From the IMG/VR virus record IMGVR_UViG_3300033150_001690: a stretch of 64,000 nucleotides of DNA, one strand, 5' to 3'. Of the stretch, positions 29,554 through 38,815 are shown in pieces. Origin of the DNA: an uncultured virus (IMG/VR IMGVR_UViG_3300033150_001690) (Duplodnaviria; Heunggongvirae; Uroviricota; Caudoviricetes). Under the pieces are notes generated by a model that saw nothing but the letters and a program-made list of their open reading frames with translations, was not told the DNA's origin and searched no databases. Both the position numbers and the translations under genes were made by a program. Positions within the stretch are counted from its first letter, which is position 1. Every line of letters starts with the position of its first letter.

Positions 29554-32500
29554 ATGAAGTTGCATTTCATTGGAAGCAGAGGATATATTGAAGAGAAGTC
29601 TTCTTCTCATAAGAACAGATCTTCTTTATTGCTAGAAACAAATAGAAGTAGAATTCTAATAGATTGGGGAGACGAATACAGTCCTGAAGAACTGAAGAAG
29701 ATCAATCCTGATGCTATTATAATTACTCACAGTCACCCTGATCATTTGTTTGGTCTGAAGAAGTTAAGGTCTTCCTTAGATATTCCTGTCTATATTTCTG
29801 AAGATAGTTTGAAGAGTGAATACTTCAAGAAGGAAGATTATCAATATGTTAACTTTACTTCTTTTAAGAGGTTAGATCATTTTAAGATACTAAATCTAGA
29901 AATGTTCACTGTTCCTATTCTTCATAGTTCTAAAGCTCCTAATCAGGCATTGATTGCTCAGGGCGAAGCAGGAAGACATAAGATATGTTATGCTTCGGAT
30001 ATTCTATCATTTCCTGTAAAATATAGACAGAAGTTACTAGGTTGTGATGTGTACATTGGAGATCTTTCTACTTTGAAGAAGGAGGGTCTTATAAGATATG
30101 ATAAGAAGAGAGATGAACCTATTGGTCATGCTTCTCCTCATACTCAGTTATCCTGGTGTAGTAAAGCAGGAGTTAGAACTGTAATATTTACTCATTTAGG
30201 ATCTGAACCTATTAAAATGGGAGATGACCAGGTCACTAAAAAGTTACAGGAGTTATCTAAAGAGTATTCTTTAAATATTATATTAGCAAAAGATGGTATG
30301 GTGATAGATCTGGACCATCTAGATCTTAAACCTTCTGATGTAGAAGCTATTACTCCTAAGAAGACTCCAACTCCACAATATGGTCTTATAATGGTCTCTC
30401 CTCATGGAAGATGGATTTATCAAGGAGTTAAGAAGGGAATAGTGAAGACAATTAAATTAAAAGAACATATTGGAGAACCATTGTATTTAATATCAGAAGG
30501 TATAGTATGGGGAGAGATCACTCTATATCCTCCTAAAGAGATAGATGAGAAGGAGTTTAAGAAATTATACAAATATCACAGGATATCTGAAGAAGAGAGA
30601 GAAGCATGGTCTAAGAAGGAGAAGAGATGGAGAGAGTTTCCATTATATTATTACACTTTTAGTTTTAAAAAGTATCCTAGACCAATACCAATTAGGTTGA
30701 AGGTGAAAGGACCACAGGTCTTTGTAAAAGCTTCTAATATTGAATTTCCTAAGACCAAACAACTAAACGATCTAGAACTAGTATACTATCATTCTCTAAG
30801 CCACTTATATCAGGAAGAATTAGGAGATCCATTCTATAACCTACACAGAGATATTGCTCTAGAGATGATCAGAAGAGGTATGTACCATAGTAGTGAGTCG
30901 CTATGTGATCGAGAAGTAGAACTAATAAAAGAAGAAGGACCTGAGTGGGTCAAGGCCTACATTAAGCGTCTTCCTAGATATACTAGAGCACAAGTAGGAG
31001 ATGACTTCAGGATAGTATTAGGCTGGTATTCTTCTTTAAAAAGAGGTAAGAAGTTATTCAAGGGAGAAGAGAAGGTCCCTATTAGAGAACAGGATTGTAA
31101 GACCTTAATACTAGCTATTATAAAAGAGCTGGTTAGAAGAGGAGCTACCTTCAATAGACCAGAGACTTATAAGAAGTATGCTAGAGAGTTGTTTGAATGG
31201 GCCATTAAACAAATAGGAGAAGATAAAATATCATGGAAGAAGGAATTATCTCTTAAACTCCCTGAAGGTTTTCAGGTCTCTGATATAGATATACCATTTG
31301 TTAAGAAGTTATCTAATGAAGAATTGGAAGAGTTATGGAAGTGGCTTCATAATAAATGGAGAGAAGACACAGGAGGTAAGAAGGTCCCGGAGAACTATCT
31401 TAATGCAAATGTATTTGTTCAGATAGAACGTTTTAAGAGAGGTCTAATAGATGAGACTTATGAAGATAAAGATAAACTAGATGAAGATGTTAGGTATGCC
31501 TGGCAGGAGTATGGTCTTCCTGGAGAGAAGATAAAGGCCAGAACCATAGTTAGAGAACCTCTTCCTGCTCTAGAAGAAGAACCTGAAGAGATCACTCTTC
31601 CTATTGTATTAGAAGCATTTAGAAATGCTGGTCCTGTTATAGTAAAAGGATATCCATATGGAGCATATCTATGTGGAAGACTAGTTAATGAAGGAAAGAT
31701 CCCTAAAGATCATGATATAGATTTGGCTATTAGACAAAGACCAGATCCTAGATTAATAGTAGCGTTAAAGAGAATGTCTCCTAAATGGTTGTTTAAAAGG
31801 TTACATCCGTTCTTCGATAAAGGAGCAGCAGGTATTGGATGGAGTGTTCCTATTTATGGATATAGTCTTAATCCTCTTCCTAAGGAGTTAATGAAGAAGG
31901 GCTTCTATCCATTTCCTTCATATCTAGAGAAGAAAGTAGATCCATGTGGAAGAATAGTAATAGGAGTTAAACCTAAGAGTGGTTTTGGGAAGAATGAGTT
32001 CTTTGACATAGATGAGATGTGGGAGAAGTGGGGAAGTAGGTTTATAGACCATGGAATACTAGTACAGGAGAAAGTAGATGGAAGAAGAATGATGTGTTAT
32101 AAATGTGGAGATAGGATCAGGATAATAACAGAAGATACTCATAGAGACAGATCTAAGCTCTTCCCTGAGATAGTTAATGAACTGAAGAAGATTCCTGGAG
32201 ACTGGATACTAGATGGAGAAATGGTAGCATATGAATTACCTCCTAGGATAGAAGGGAAGGATGCTAGGACCAAACGGATGATAGGCGAACATATACCTAG
32301 AGAGGACACGGCCCAAGTGACGACCGGACAACCTGATGAAGAATTTAGGAAGAAGATAGTTCATGTCTTCTATGACATACTATATTGGAAGGAGTCACTG
32401 GTCAATAAGGGATTTGAAGAACGATATGAGATATTGAAGAAGGCCATTCCTAGACATGCTAAATATATTGATGTGGTTAGAGGAGAAGAAGCAAATAACA

Positions 32501-35196
32501 TGAAGGACTTCTATAGACTAGTAGACAAATACAGAAGAGTTAGTGGATCAGAAGGAGTGGTCTGTAAGGTATCAGATGCTCCTTATCCTATAAAATATAC
32601 AGGTGAAAATAGAACAGACTTCATGTGTAAGTTGAAGAATCTTAAAGAGATAGATGTTATGGTCTTAGATATTCAACAGAAGAAGACAAAAGAAGGTAAA
32701 CTTCTTCCTACTTATATCTATGTGTGTGGATTCCTTCTTCCTGAAAACAAAGTAGAAGAGTTCTCGAAGAACAGAGTAGTAGAATATAATAGTAAACACT
32801 ATTGTATCCTAGGAAGGGCCTATGGTACTAATGTGAAGTGTAAGAAGGGAGACATAGTAACTATAATGCCTATTAGAATAAGAGAGTATAAAGATAAACA
32901 AAATAAGAGATACTTCACCTGGATGTTTCCATATTTCAAGGAGAAGAGACCTGACAAACATGAAGCAGATACGTTAACTACTGTAGAACGTATAGCTAAG
33001 ATAGGAACTGGACCTGCTCCTTCTAAGAAGAGAGAATTAGAAAAAGATGACCAGATCACTGTTACTATTAAACTAGATCCATGTCCCTTCTGGAATGATC
33101 CAGATATATGTCCTCTTCTAAAAAGATTTAGATTTCCTAGAGATGAATTAAGTAATGTAATAGTAGAACAGGAGATCCTTAGATTTCCTATAATATGTCC
33201 ATTAGCTAAGGTCTTTAAGTGTAGATTTGTAAAGGACTATTACTATAAGGTGATACCTGTAGCAGAGTATTCTTCAGAATTATCTGATGGAGACATAGAT
33301 ATTAATGAGTTACTTCTTCCAGAATTGGCCAAGAAAATAATCTTACAAAAGTATATGGAATGTCCATGTAAAGAGGAGAGTTTTGTGATGCAAAGTCATC
33401 GTATCGGCATTACTCCTGGTCATAAAGCTGAAGACCCTGGAGAGACCTGGTCACAACACTGTGACTTCAGGATGAAGACAAATGGATATCTAGTTGGATG
33501 GAGTATAGTAGGAGGTCATAAAGGAGATGAAATGGGTCCAGAGAAATTCTTGAAGAATATAGGGAAAGGTTTTAGAGCAGAGACGAAAGCGAGACAACCA
33601 TTGGTCTGGATGGATGTTCAGGGAAGATTTAAACCTGGAGAAGTAGGAGCAGGAATACATACTGCAGGAGAGATGTGGATCCAAACTAAAGGAAAAGTAA
33701 GATTTGGAGCACAGAAACCATACTTCCATGAATATTTCCTGAAGGATGATAAATACTTTAAAGACTGGACTAGAGTTATTATTAGGGCCATTAATGTTCC
33801 TAAGATATCTCCTGAGACCAAAGTGAAGACTCCTCATAAGGAGTTAATGTGGAGATTTATGATCCCTAAAGAACAAATGCCATATACTATAAGCAATAGA
33901 GCTATGAAGGAAGGATGGATACCTCCTAAGAGTTGCAGAACACCATTCCCTGAAGAGTGGGTAAAGAAGAAGTGGCCTGAACAATATGCTAAATGGGAGG
34001 AGTATATGAAGAGTAAGAAGATAGAACTATCTAACATTAACTATACTTTTAGTATGCACAGTTATAGAGGACCAGTTCATGTTAGAGCAATGTGGAGAAG
34101 AGCATGGTATCTAATGTTAGATGATAAAGGAGAAGGTAAAGTAAGGATCTTCAGAATACATGAGTTTCTTCCTGTAGAGAAGCAGGGAGTAGCTATAAAC
34201 GAAGGGAGAGACTCTAGGAAGTATATGTCCTTCGAAGGAAAGACCAGACCTGATTCTAGATTTAACCCTAATGAGAAGTTAGTAGGTGAGATGAAGATCA
34301 TCTCTTCAGGAAAAGTCTCATACGACAGTAAAATAGAAAATGGTAAAGAAGTTATTCATTTAAAGTTTCCTTCAGGAACATTGAAGGGAGAATGGATACT
34401 AGAACAAGAGGAGAAGGGATCAGATATCTATACTATTATACAGGCCCAAGAAGAATCTCTAGAACTAGGAGGAGTAAAAGCACATTTTGTCTATCATAAA
34501 CATATTATAGGAGATAGATACCACTTCGATCTAAGATATGTGAAGGAAGGAGATAATGTTGTTAATGAGTACAACTTACATGAAGATTTAAGAGAGAAGG
34601 ATATAGAAGAACCTGTTCAAGTAGTGAAGAAAACCTGTTCTGATATATCATGGATGCATATTAAGAAGCCTAGAGAAGTAAGATATGTTGGTCCTTTGAA
34701 GACTATAGTAGAACCTATAGATGAAGGAGACATGCTGATAATAGAGGAGAATCCTGACTTTATTTCTTATAAGTTAAATGGTAAGATCTTAAAAGGATAC
34801 TATATTGCTAAGAAGACACCTGAAGGGTGGATCTTTGAGAAGGCTAGACTACCTAAGACAGGTCTAAGTGGAGAAGGTAACCCTAGAGTTGGACCATTTA
34901 GGAAGTTCGTAATAAAAGAGAAGAAGAACTGGGATCACTTTATAGTTTATATTTATGACTTCAGGGAGTTTACTAGATGTGTCTCTCCTGAGAAGGTTAA
35001 GAAATATCTTCCTAATCTGAAGATCCCTGAAGGAGTAGAAGTAGGAATATGTTTGTATCCTGTTCCAGGTCGTATTCATCATGTTAGAGTGGCATATGTT
35101 ATCTTTAAGAAGGACAAGTGGTCCTATGAAGATGCTGAGAAGTGGATAAGAAAGAACAATCTCCATAAATGGGATGGAGTTTTAATTAGAGAATAG
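29554..35196 (+). CDS. 1880-aa polyvalent protein: MBL hydrolase, ASCH, nucleotidyltransferase-like, ATP-dependent DNA ligase, LigD-type 3'-phosphoesterase domains
   Basis: THSHPDH; GLIMVSPHG-x2-I-x2-GVK; LCG...DIDL; ligase EKVDG (K840), LDGE, FYDIL, EGVVCK, KLK; PE motifs FVMQSH...HCDFRM and FVYHKH...HFDLRY. Confidence 0.88.
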   Translation: MKLHFIGSRGYIEEKSSSHKNRSSLLLETNRSRILIDWGDEYSPEELKKINPDAIIITHSHPDHLFGLKKLRSSLDIPVYISEDSLKSEYFKKEDYQYVNFTSFKRLDHFKILNLEMFTVPILHSSKAPNQALIAQGEAGRHKICYASDILSFPVKYRQKLLGCDVYIGDLSTLKKEGLIRYDKKRDEPIGHASPHTQLSWCSKAGVRTVIFTHLGSEPIKMGDDQVTKKLQELSKEYSLNIILAKDGMVIDLDHLDLKPSDVEAITPKKTPTPQYGLIMVSPHGRWIYQGVKKGIVKTIKLKEHIGEPLYLISEGIVWGEITLYPPKEIDEKEFKKLYKYHRISEEEREAWSKKEKRWREFPLYYYTFSFKKYPRPIPIRLKVKGPQVFVKASNIEFPKTKQLNDLELVYYHSLSHLYQEELGDPFYNLHRDIALEMIRRGMYHSSESLCDREVELIKEEGPEWVKAYIKRLPRYTRAQVGDDFRIVLGWYSSLKRGKKLFKGEEKVPIREQDCKTLILAIIKELVRRGATFNRPETYKKYARELFEWAIKQIGEDKISWKKELSLKLPEGFQVSDIDIPFVKKLSNEELEELWKWLHNKWREDTGGKKVPENYLNANVFVQIERFKRGLIDETYEDKDKLDEDVRYAWQEYGLPGEKIKARTIVREPLPALEEEPEEITLPIVLEAFRNAGPVIVKGYPYGAYLCGRLVNEGKIPKDHDIDLAIRQRPDPRLIVALKRMSPKWLFKRLHPFFDKGAAGIGWSVPIYGYSLNPLPKELMKKGFYPFPSYLEKKVDPCGRIVIGVKPKSGFGKNEFFDIDEMWEKWGSRFIDHGILVQEKVDGRRMMCYKCGDRIRIITEDTHRDRSKLFPEIVNELKKIPGDWILDGEMVAYELPPRIEGKDARTKRMIGEHIPREDTAQVTTGQPDEEFRKKIVHVFYDILYWKESLVNKGFEERYEILKKAIPRHAKYIDVVRGEEANNMKDFYRLVDKYRRVSGSEGVVCKVSDAPYPIKYTGENRTDFMCKLKNLKEIDVMVLDIQQKKTKEGKLLPTYIYVCGFLLPENKVEEFSKNRVVEYNSKHYCILGRAYGTNVKCKKGDIVTIMPIRIREYKDKQNKRYFTWMFPYFKEKRPDKHEADTLTTVERIAKIGTGPAPSKKRELEKDDQITVTIKLDPCPFWNDPDICPLLKRFRFPRDELSNVIVEQEILRFPIICPLAKVFKCRFVKDYYYKVIPVAEYSSELSDGDIDINELLLPELAKKIILQKYMECPCKEESFVMQSHRIGITPGHKAEDPGETWSQHCDFRMKTNGYLVGWSIVGGHKGDEMGPEKFLKNIGKGFRAETKARQPLVWMDVQGRFKPGEVGAGIHTAGEMWIQTKGKVRFGAQKPYFHEYFLKDDKYFKDWTRVIIRAINVPKISPETKVKTPHKELMWRFMIPKEQMPYTISNRAMKEGWIPPKSCRTPFPEEWVKKKWPEQYAKWEEYMKSKKIELSNINYTFSMHSYRGPVHVRAMWRRAWYLMLDDKGEGKVRIFRIHEFLPVEKQGVAINEGRDSRKYMSFEGKTRPDSRFNPNEKLVGEMKIISSGKVSYDSKIENGKEVIHLKFPSGTLKGEWILEQEEKGSDIYTIIQAQEESLELGGVKAHFVYHKHIIGDRYHFDLRYVKEGDNVVNEYNLHEDLREKDIEEPVQVVKKTCSDISWMHIKKPREVRYVGPLKTIVEPIDEGDMLIIEENPDFISYKLNGKILKGYYIAKKTPEGWIFEKARLPKTGLSGEGNPRVGPFRKFVIKEKKNWDHFIVYIYDFREFTRCVSPEKVKKYLPNLKIPEGVEVGICLYPVPGRIHHVRVAYVIFKKDKWSYEDAEKWIRKNNLHKWDGVLIRE

Positions 35197-35238
35197 TTTT
35201 AATAGGAAGTTACAACAATAAACATATGGTGATCATGA

Positions 35239-35784
35239 ATGTCATGGGCCAATATGAGAGATAAAATTATATCTATTCTAACTATGGATGATGGAACAAT
35301 GATCAACTTGCCTAGGTTCTACAAGAAGGTAAGTGAAGGATATGGTTTTGCTATTAGTAAACGATTTGATTCTCTAGGAGCAGGAGAAACCATCTCCTTC
35401 TTCTTCCAGAATCCTTCAGGTTCAGGGAGAATAGGAAATATAATAGATGTAGAAGTAGTAGGTGGAGCTGAACTAGAAGTAGATGTTTATAAAAATAATA
35501 CTCTAAATACTGGAGGTACTACTTTACAAGCTTTAAACTTAAGACCTTCTTCTACTATTCAAAATTCGTTAATAGTTGAATATGGAGGAAATTATACTAA
35601 AGGCACTTTAATATATAATATGGTTGTTCCTGGAGGATCTAAACAATTTGCAATTGGAGGAGCAGTATCTTTAGGTGAAGCTGTAATTTTAGATCCAGGA
35701 GTGAACTTCTTGTTAGACATGATAAATAAATCCGCATCAGACTGTTCGGCTAGTGCTAAAGTAGTATGGTGGGAGGATCCCTAG
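35239..35784 (+). CDS. Probable virion protein
   Basis: Beta-rich and G/N-rich; lies in the head module. Confidence 0.5.
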   Translation: MSWANMRDKIISILTMDDGTMINLPRFYKKVSEGYGFAISKRFDSLGAGETISFFFQNPSGSGRIGNIIDVEVVGGAELEVDVYKNNTLNTGGTTLQALNLRPSSTIQNSLIVEYGGNYTKGTLIYNMVVPGGSKQFAIGGAVSLGEAVILDPGVNFLLDMINKSASDCSASAKVVWWEDP

Positions 35785-35802
35785 AATACATTAACTTTAA
35801 AT

Positions 35803-37350
35803 ATGATAATTTGTAAAATAAACAAGGTGGTTAAAGTGAATGAGTCTATTCTTCAAGAATTATTAGCGGAGAATGCTATGTTAAGGGAGAAGTTAGACCA
35901 GAGAAGATCAGAACTATCTTCCAGATTTGTTATTCTTCAGGAAAAACCATTGAAGATCCATGGAGTATTAATAGCTGAAGGGGTATGGAAGGGGGTACTA
36001 TATGACTATAATGAAATGAAGAAGTCTAAAGACAAGTTCTTAAGTCTTCCATTGAAGGTCCAACATGGTCATAGTGAAGACTTTGGAGATAGAAGTGTAG
36101 GAAAGATCACTAAAGTCAAAGCAGAAGATCTTTTAAAGTCACTAACATTTGAAGCAGAAGTAACAGATCCTAAGGCTATAGAACTAGTGAAGAATGGTAC
36201 ATTAGATGCTGTCTCTATAAAGGGATCATTTGAGTTAGTAGATACTTCTTCTACTCCACCTAAAGGAGTTAATTATACACCTGAAGAAGTTAGTTTAACA
36301 CCTTCTCCTGCATGTGAGTTCTGCCAGATATTTAATTATGAATTATCTAAGAAATGTGGAGAATTGTTCTCTAAAGAGCAATATTTAAATAATAAGACTT
36401 CCATTCAAGAAGTAGGTGATCAGAAAATGGAGCTAAATGAGAATGAAATTTACATAGGAGAAGACGATGTTCTAGTGTTTCCTGAACTAACAGAAGAAGA
36501 CCAAGAAGGAGAGTTTGAGATTGTTAAAGAGAAGGATTTTAAGGAATTAGCTAAGAAGAAGGCTGTGAAGGTTAAACCAGGAGTGTATCCTACTAAGGTT
36601 AAGAAAGTAGTTGTTAAGAAGGGATCTACTGTACCTAAGTATCCTTATTATGGTTATTATCCATATGGATATTGCTACTATTACTACTACCCAGGGTATG
36701 GATATCCAATGGAGAAGTTATCTGAAGAAGAGATCGTAGACATTCTTCTTGAAGGAGATTATAGGACATTCATGAAAGAATGTATGAAGTCAGGTAAAGA
36801 CATGAAGACCTGTGCTAAAGAGTGGAAGGAGAAGGCAGGTAAATACCCTGCTCCTGTGAAAGGAGAAGAGGCTAGTAAGGAGGAAGGGAACTGGCCTGAA
36901 CTAGAACTAGCTGAGATCAAATGTCCTGTATGTGGAAAGGTCTTTAAGACCAAGAAGGAGTTCTTGAAACATTGGGAAGAGAAACATGCTGCTAAGTATG
37001 GAGAATATGGTCAGGTAAGGAAGTTAATTAGAGACCTTAAAGAGAAGCCAGAACTAAAAAAGGCACTAAGAAAACATTTTGAACTGTCTGAAGAGACTCC
37101 TAAAGAAGAGTCTAAAGAAGAAGTTAAACAAGAAGAACCTAAAAAAGAAGAAGTAAAGAAGGAGGAAGAGAAACATGAAGAGACTCCTACACAGGAGAAG
37201 GAGAAGGTTGAGGAGAAGACTCAGGAGACTCCTAAGACAGAGAGTGTACCTGAACCTCCGAAGAAGAATATAGATGAAATAATTAAAGAACTAACTTCAC
37301 CTGAAAAAGCAGCTGAACTTCTAATAGCTTCTAGCAGGAAGGAAGACTAA
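35803..37350 (+). CDS. Prohead protease-scaffold fusion (start probably GTG 35836)
   Basis: IAEGVW, VQH, VG-x-I, AVSI and EVSL-x3-PAC motifs; acidic/Lys-rich C-terminus; upstream of MCP. Confidence 0.82.
   Translation: MIICKINKVVKVNESILQELLAENAMLREKLDQRRSELSSRFVILQEKPLKIHGVLIAEGVWKGVLYDYNEMKKSKDKFLSLPLKVQHGHSEDFGDRSVGKITKVKAEDLLKSLTFEAEVTDPKAIELVKNGTLDAVSIKGSFELVDTSSTPPKGVNYTPEEVSLTPSPACEFCQIFNYELSKKCGELFSKEQYLNNKTSIQEVGDQKMELNENEIYIGEDDVLVFPELTEEDQEGEFEIVKEKDFKELAKKKAVKVKPGVYPTKVKKVVVKKGSTVPKYPYYGYYPYGYCYYYYYPGYGYPMEKLSEEEIVDILLEGDYRTFMKECMKSGKDMKTCAKEWKEKAGKYPAPVKGEEASKEEGNWPELELAEIKCPVCGKVFKTKKEFLKHWEEKHAAKYGEYGQVRKLIRDLKEKPELKKALRKHFELSEETPKEESKEEVKQEEPKKEEVKKEEEKHEETPTQEKEKVEEKTQETPKTESVPEPPKKNIDEIIKELTSPEKAAELLIASSRKED
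36427..37350 (+). CDS. Nested in-frame scaffold protein (internal start M209)
   Basis: TTTAAAT at 36384-36390 and RBS GGTGAT at 36415-36420 ahead of in-frame ATG 36427. Confidence 0.6.
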   Translation: MELNENEIYIGEDDVLVFPELTEEDQEGEFEIVKEKDFKELAKKKAVKVKPGVYPTKVKKVVVKKGSTVPKYPYYGYYPYGYCYYYYYPGYGYPMEKLSEEEIVDILLEGDYRTFMKECMKSGKDMKTCAKEWKEKAGKYPAPVKGEEASKEEGNWPELELAEIKCPVCGKVFKTKKEFLKHWEEKHAAKYGEYGQVRKLIRDLKEKPELKKALRKHFELSEETPKEESKEEVKQEEPKKEEVKKEEEKHEETPTQEKEKVEEKTQETPKTESVPEPPKKNIDEIIKELTSPEKAAELLIASSRKED

Positions 37351-37351
37351 A

Positions 37352-37576
37352 ATGTCTGAAGAAGTTCTCCAAAAACTTCTAGAGAAAATAGAGAGCTTAG
37401 AGAAGCAAATACAGGAACTTCAGAAGGAGAAGAAGACTATTAACCTTCAGAGACCTAGAAAAGTATCTCTTCAAGATCTAAAGATAGAGGAAGAGTTGTC
37501 TACTGAAGTAGAGAACCATATTGATCAGGCAGTAGATCTTCTTCTCAAATATGCTAAAGCGGTAGACTTCTCCTAA
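37352..37576 (+). CDS. Small coiled-coil protein, possible second scaffold
   Basis: C-terminus DQAVDLLL resembles the scaffold C-terminus EKAAELLI. Confidence 0.5.
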   Translation: MSEEVLQKLLEKIESLEKQIQELQKEKKTINLQRPRKVSLQDLKIEEELSTEVENHIDQAVDLLLKYAKAVDFS

Positions 37577-37646
37577 AATATTCTATTTTATATTCAATAT
37601 ATTTATATACTTCTTTTTCTTACTATAGGGCTTAGGTGATCAAACA

Positions 37647-38705
37647 ATGAAGAATGTTATTCAAGAACTAGACCTTGCTCCTTCAGATGTTACAGTGATT
37701 ACTCCAAAAGTTATTAGTGGAGTAATTGAAGAGATTAGGAGACACAAACGTGTATGGGCACAGTTCTATAAGACCAACAGAGACCTGGTCAACAATGGAG
37801 GTAAAGAGATAGAGTTTCCAAAGAAAGAGTCAGGAATAACTGCTACTTTTGATGTGTCTGCAGGTACAGGGATATCAGCAAGTAATATGACCTACTCTGC
37901 TGTTACAATAACAGTGAAGAAAGGTGGAATAGGTCTTGGCTTTCAGGGAGAAGCTATTAGACAGGCCAATAGAGATGTTCTTGCTGATGCTATTAAAGAA
38001 GCAGGTGAAGTATGGGCTGATACATTAGATATAGTTGCTTTAGAAGCAATGTTTCCTTCTGTAACTGTAGCAGAGACCTCCGGAGCTAGTACTGTTGCTG
38101 CTTCATTCCCAGTAGTTGGTATTAAAAGTTACAATGGTGGATTCTCTAAGATAATAAACTATGCTTCTTCTTCAAGCATAGTATTTACTAATAAAGGGAC
38201 AGTTACATACTGGTATGCACCTCAGACCAATGCTGAGGGAGATACTATTGGAGCTAGGAGAATAACTTCTACTGCAGGAAGCTTTAGTGCTAAAGACATA
38301 TTGAATGCTAGAAGTGACATTATAGCCAATAAGTTTGAACCTGAAGTGCTTGTAATTCATCCTGATGTATTGACAGATATTCTATATGATCCAACAGTGA
38401 AGTTCCTGGAGAAATCAGTATACAAAGGTGAAGGAGAACTATACAATGCTGAACTGGGAAGAATATGGGATCTTAGAGTTATAGTTAGCAACAAATGTCC
38501 AAGATATGCTGCTGTGCTGATAGACCCAGGAGACCTTGGCTATGAAGTTATCAGAAAAGACCTGAAGTTGGTCAGAGATGAATACTCTGGTATGAGTATG
38601 GATGTGTTATATTTCTGGGGCTTTGGAGAACTCAACTATGGTGTGGTCAATGCTCAGGCATATGGAGTAGTTGCAATGCAAGGTACTCTAACAGAAGCTA
38701 ATTAA
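37647..38705 (+). CDS. Major capsid protein (HK97 fold)
   Basis: 352 aa; LVIHP, GELYNAELGRIWDLRVIVSN motifs; strong RBS; follows protease/scaffold. Confidence 0.9.
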   Translation: MKNVIQELDLAPSDVTVITPKVISGVIEEIRRHKRVWAQFYKTNRDLVNNGGKEIEFPKKESGITATFDVSAGTGISASNMTYSAVTITVKKGGIGLGFQGEAIRQANRDVLADAIKEAGEVWADTLDIVALEAMFPSVTVAETSGASTVAASFPVVGIKSYNGGFSKIINYASSSSIVFTNKGTVTYWYAPQTNAEGDTIGARRITSTAGSFSAKDILNARSDIIANKFEPEVLVIHPDVLTDILYDPTVKFLEKSVYKGEGELYNAELGRIWDLRVIVSNKCPRYAAVLIDPGDLGYEVIRKDLKLVRDEYSGMSMDVLYFWGFGELNYGVVNAQAYGVVAMQGTLTEAN

Positions 38706-38738
38706 AAGGTCTAGTTTAGTTTGGATAGTATATTATAT

Positions 38739-38767
38739 TTCGGAAGGTATCTTGTATATCTTCCGAA
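38739..38767 (+). terminator. Stem-loop followed by T-tract after MCP
   Basis: TTCGGAAGGTAT-cttgt-ATATCTTCCGAA, then TTTATTTTTT. Confidence 0.6.
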
Positions 38768-38815
38768 GAGAACATTTATTTTTTACAATTCTTCTTTATA
38801 CAGTGGTGACCAGGT

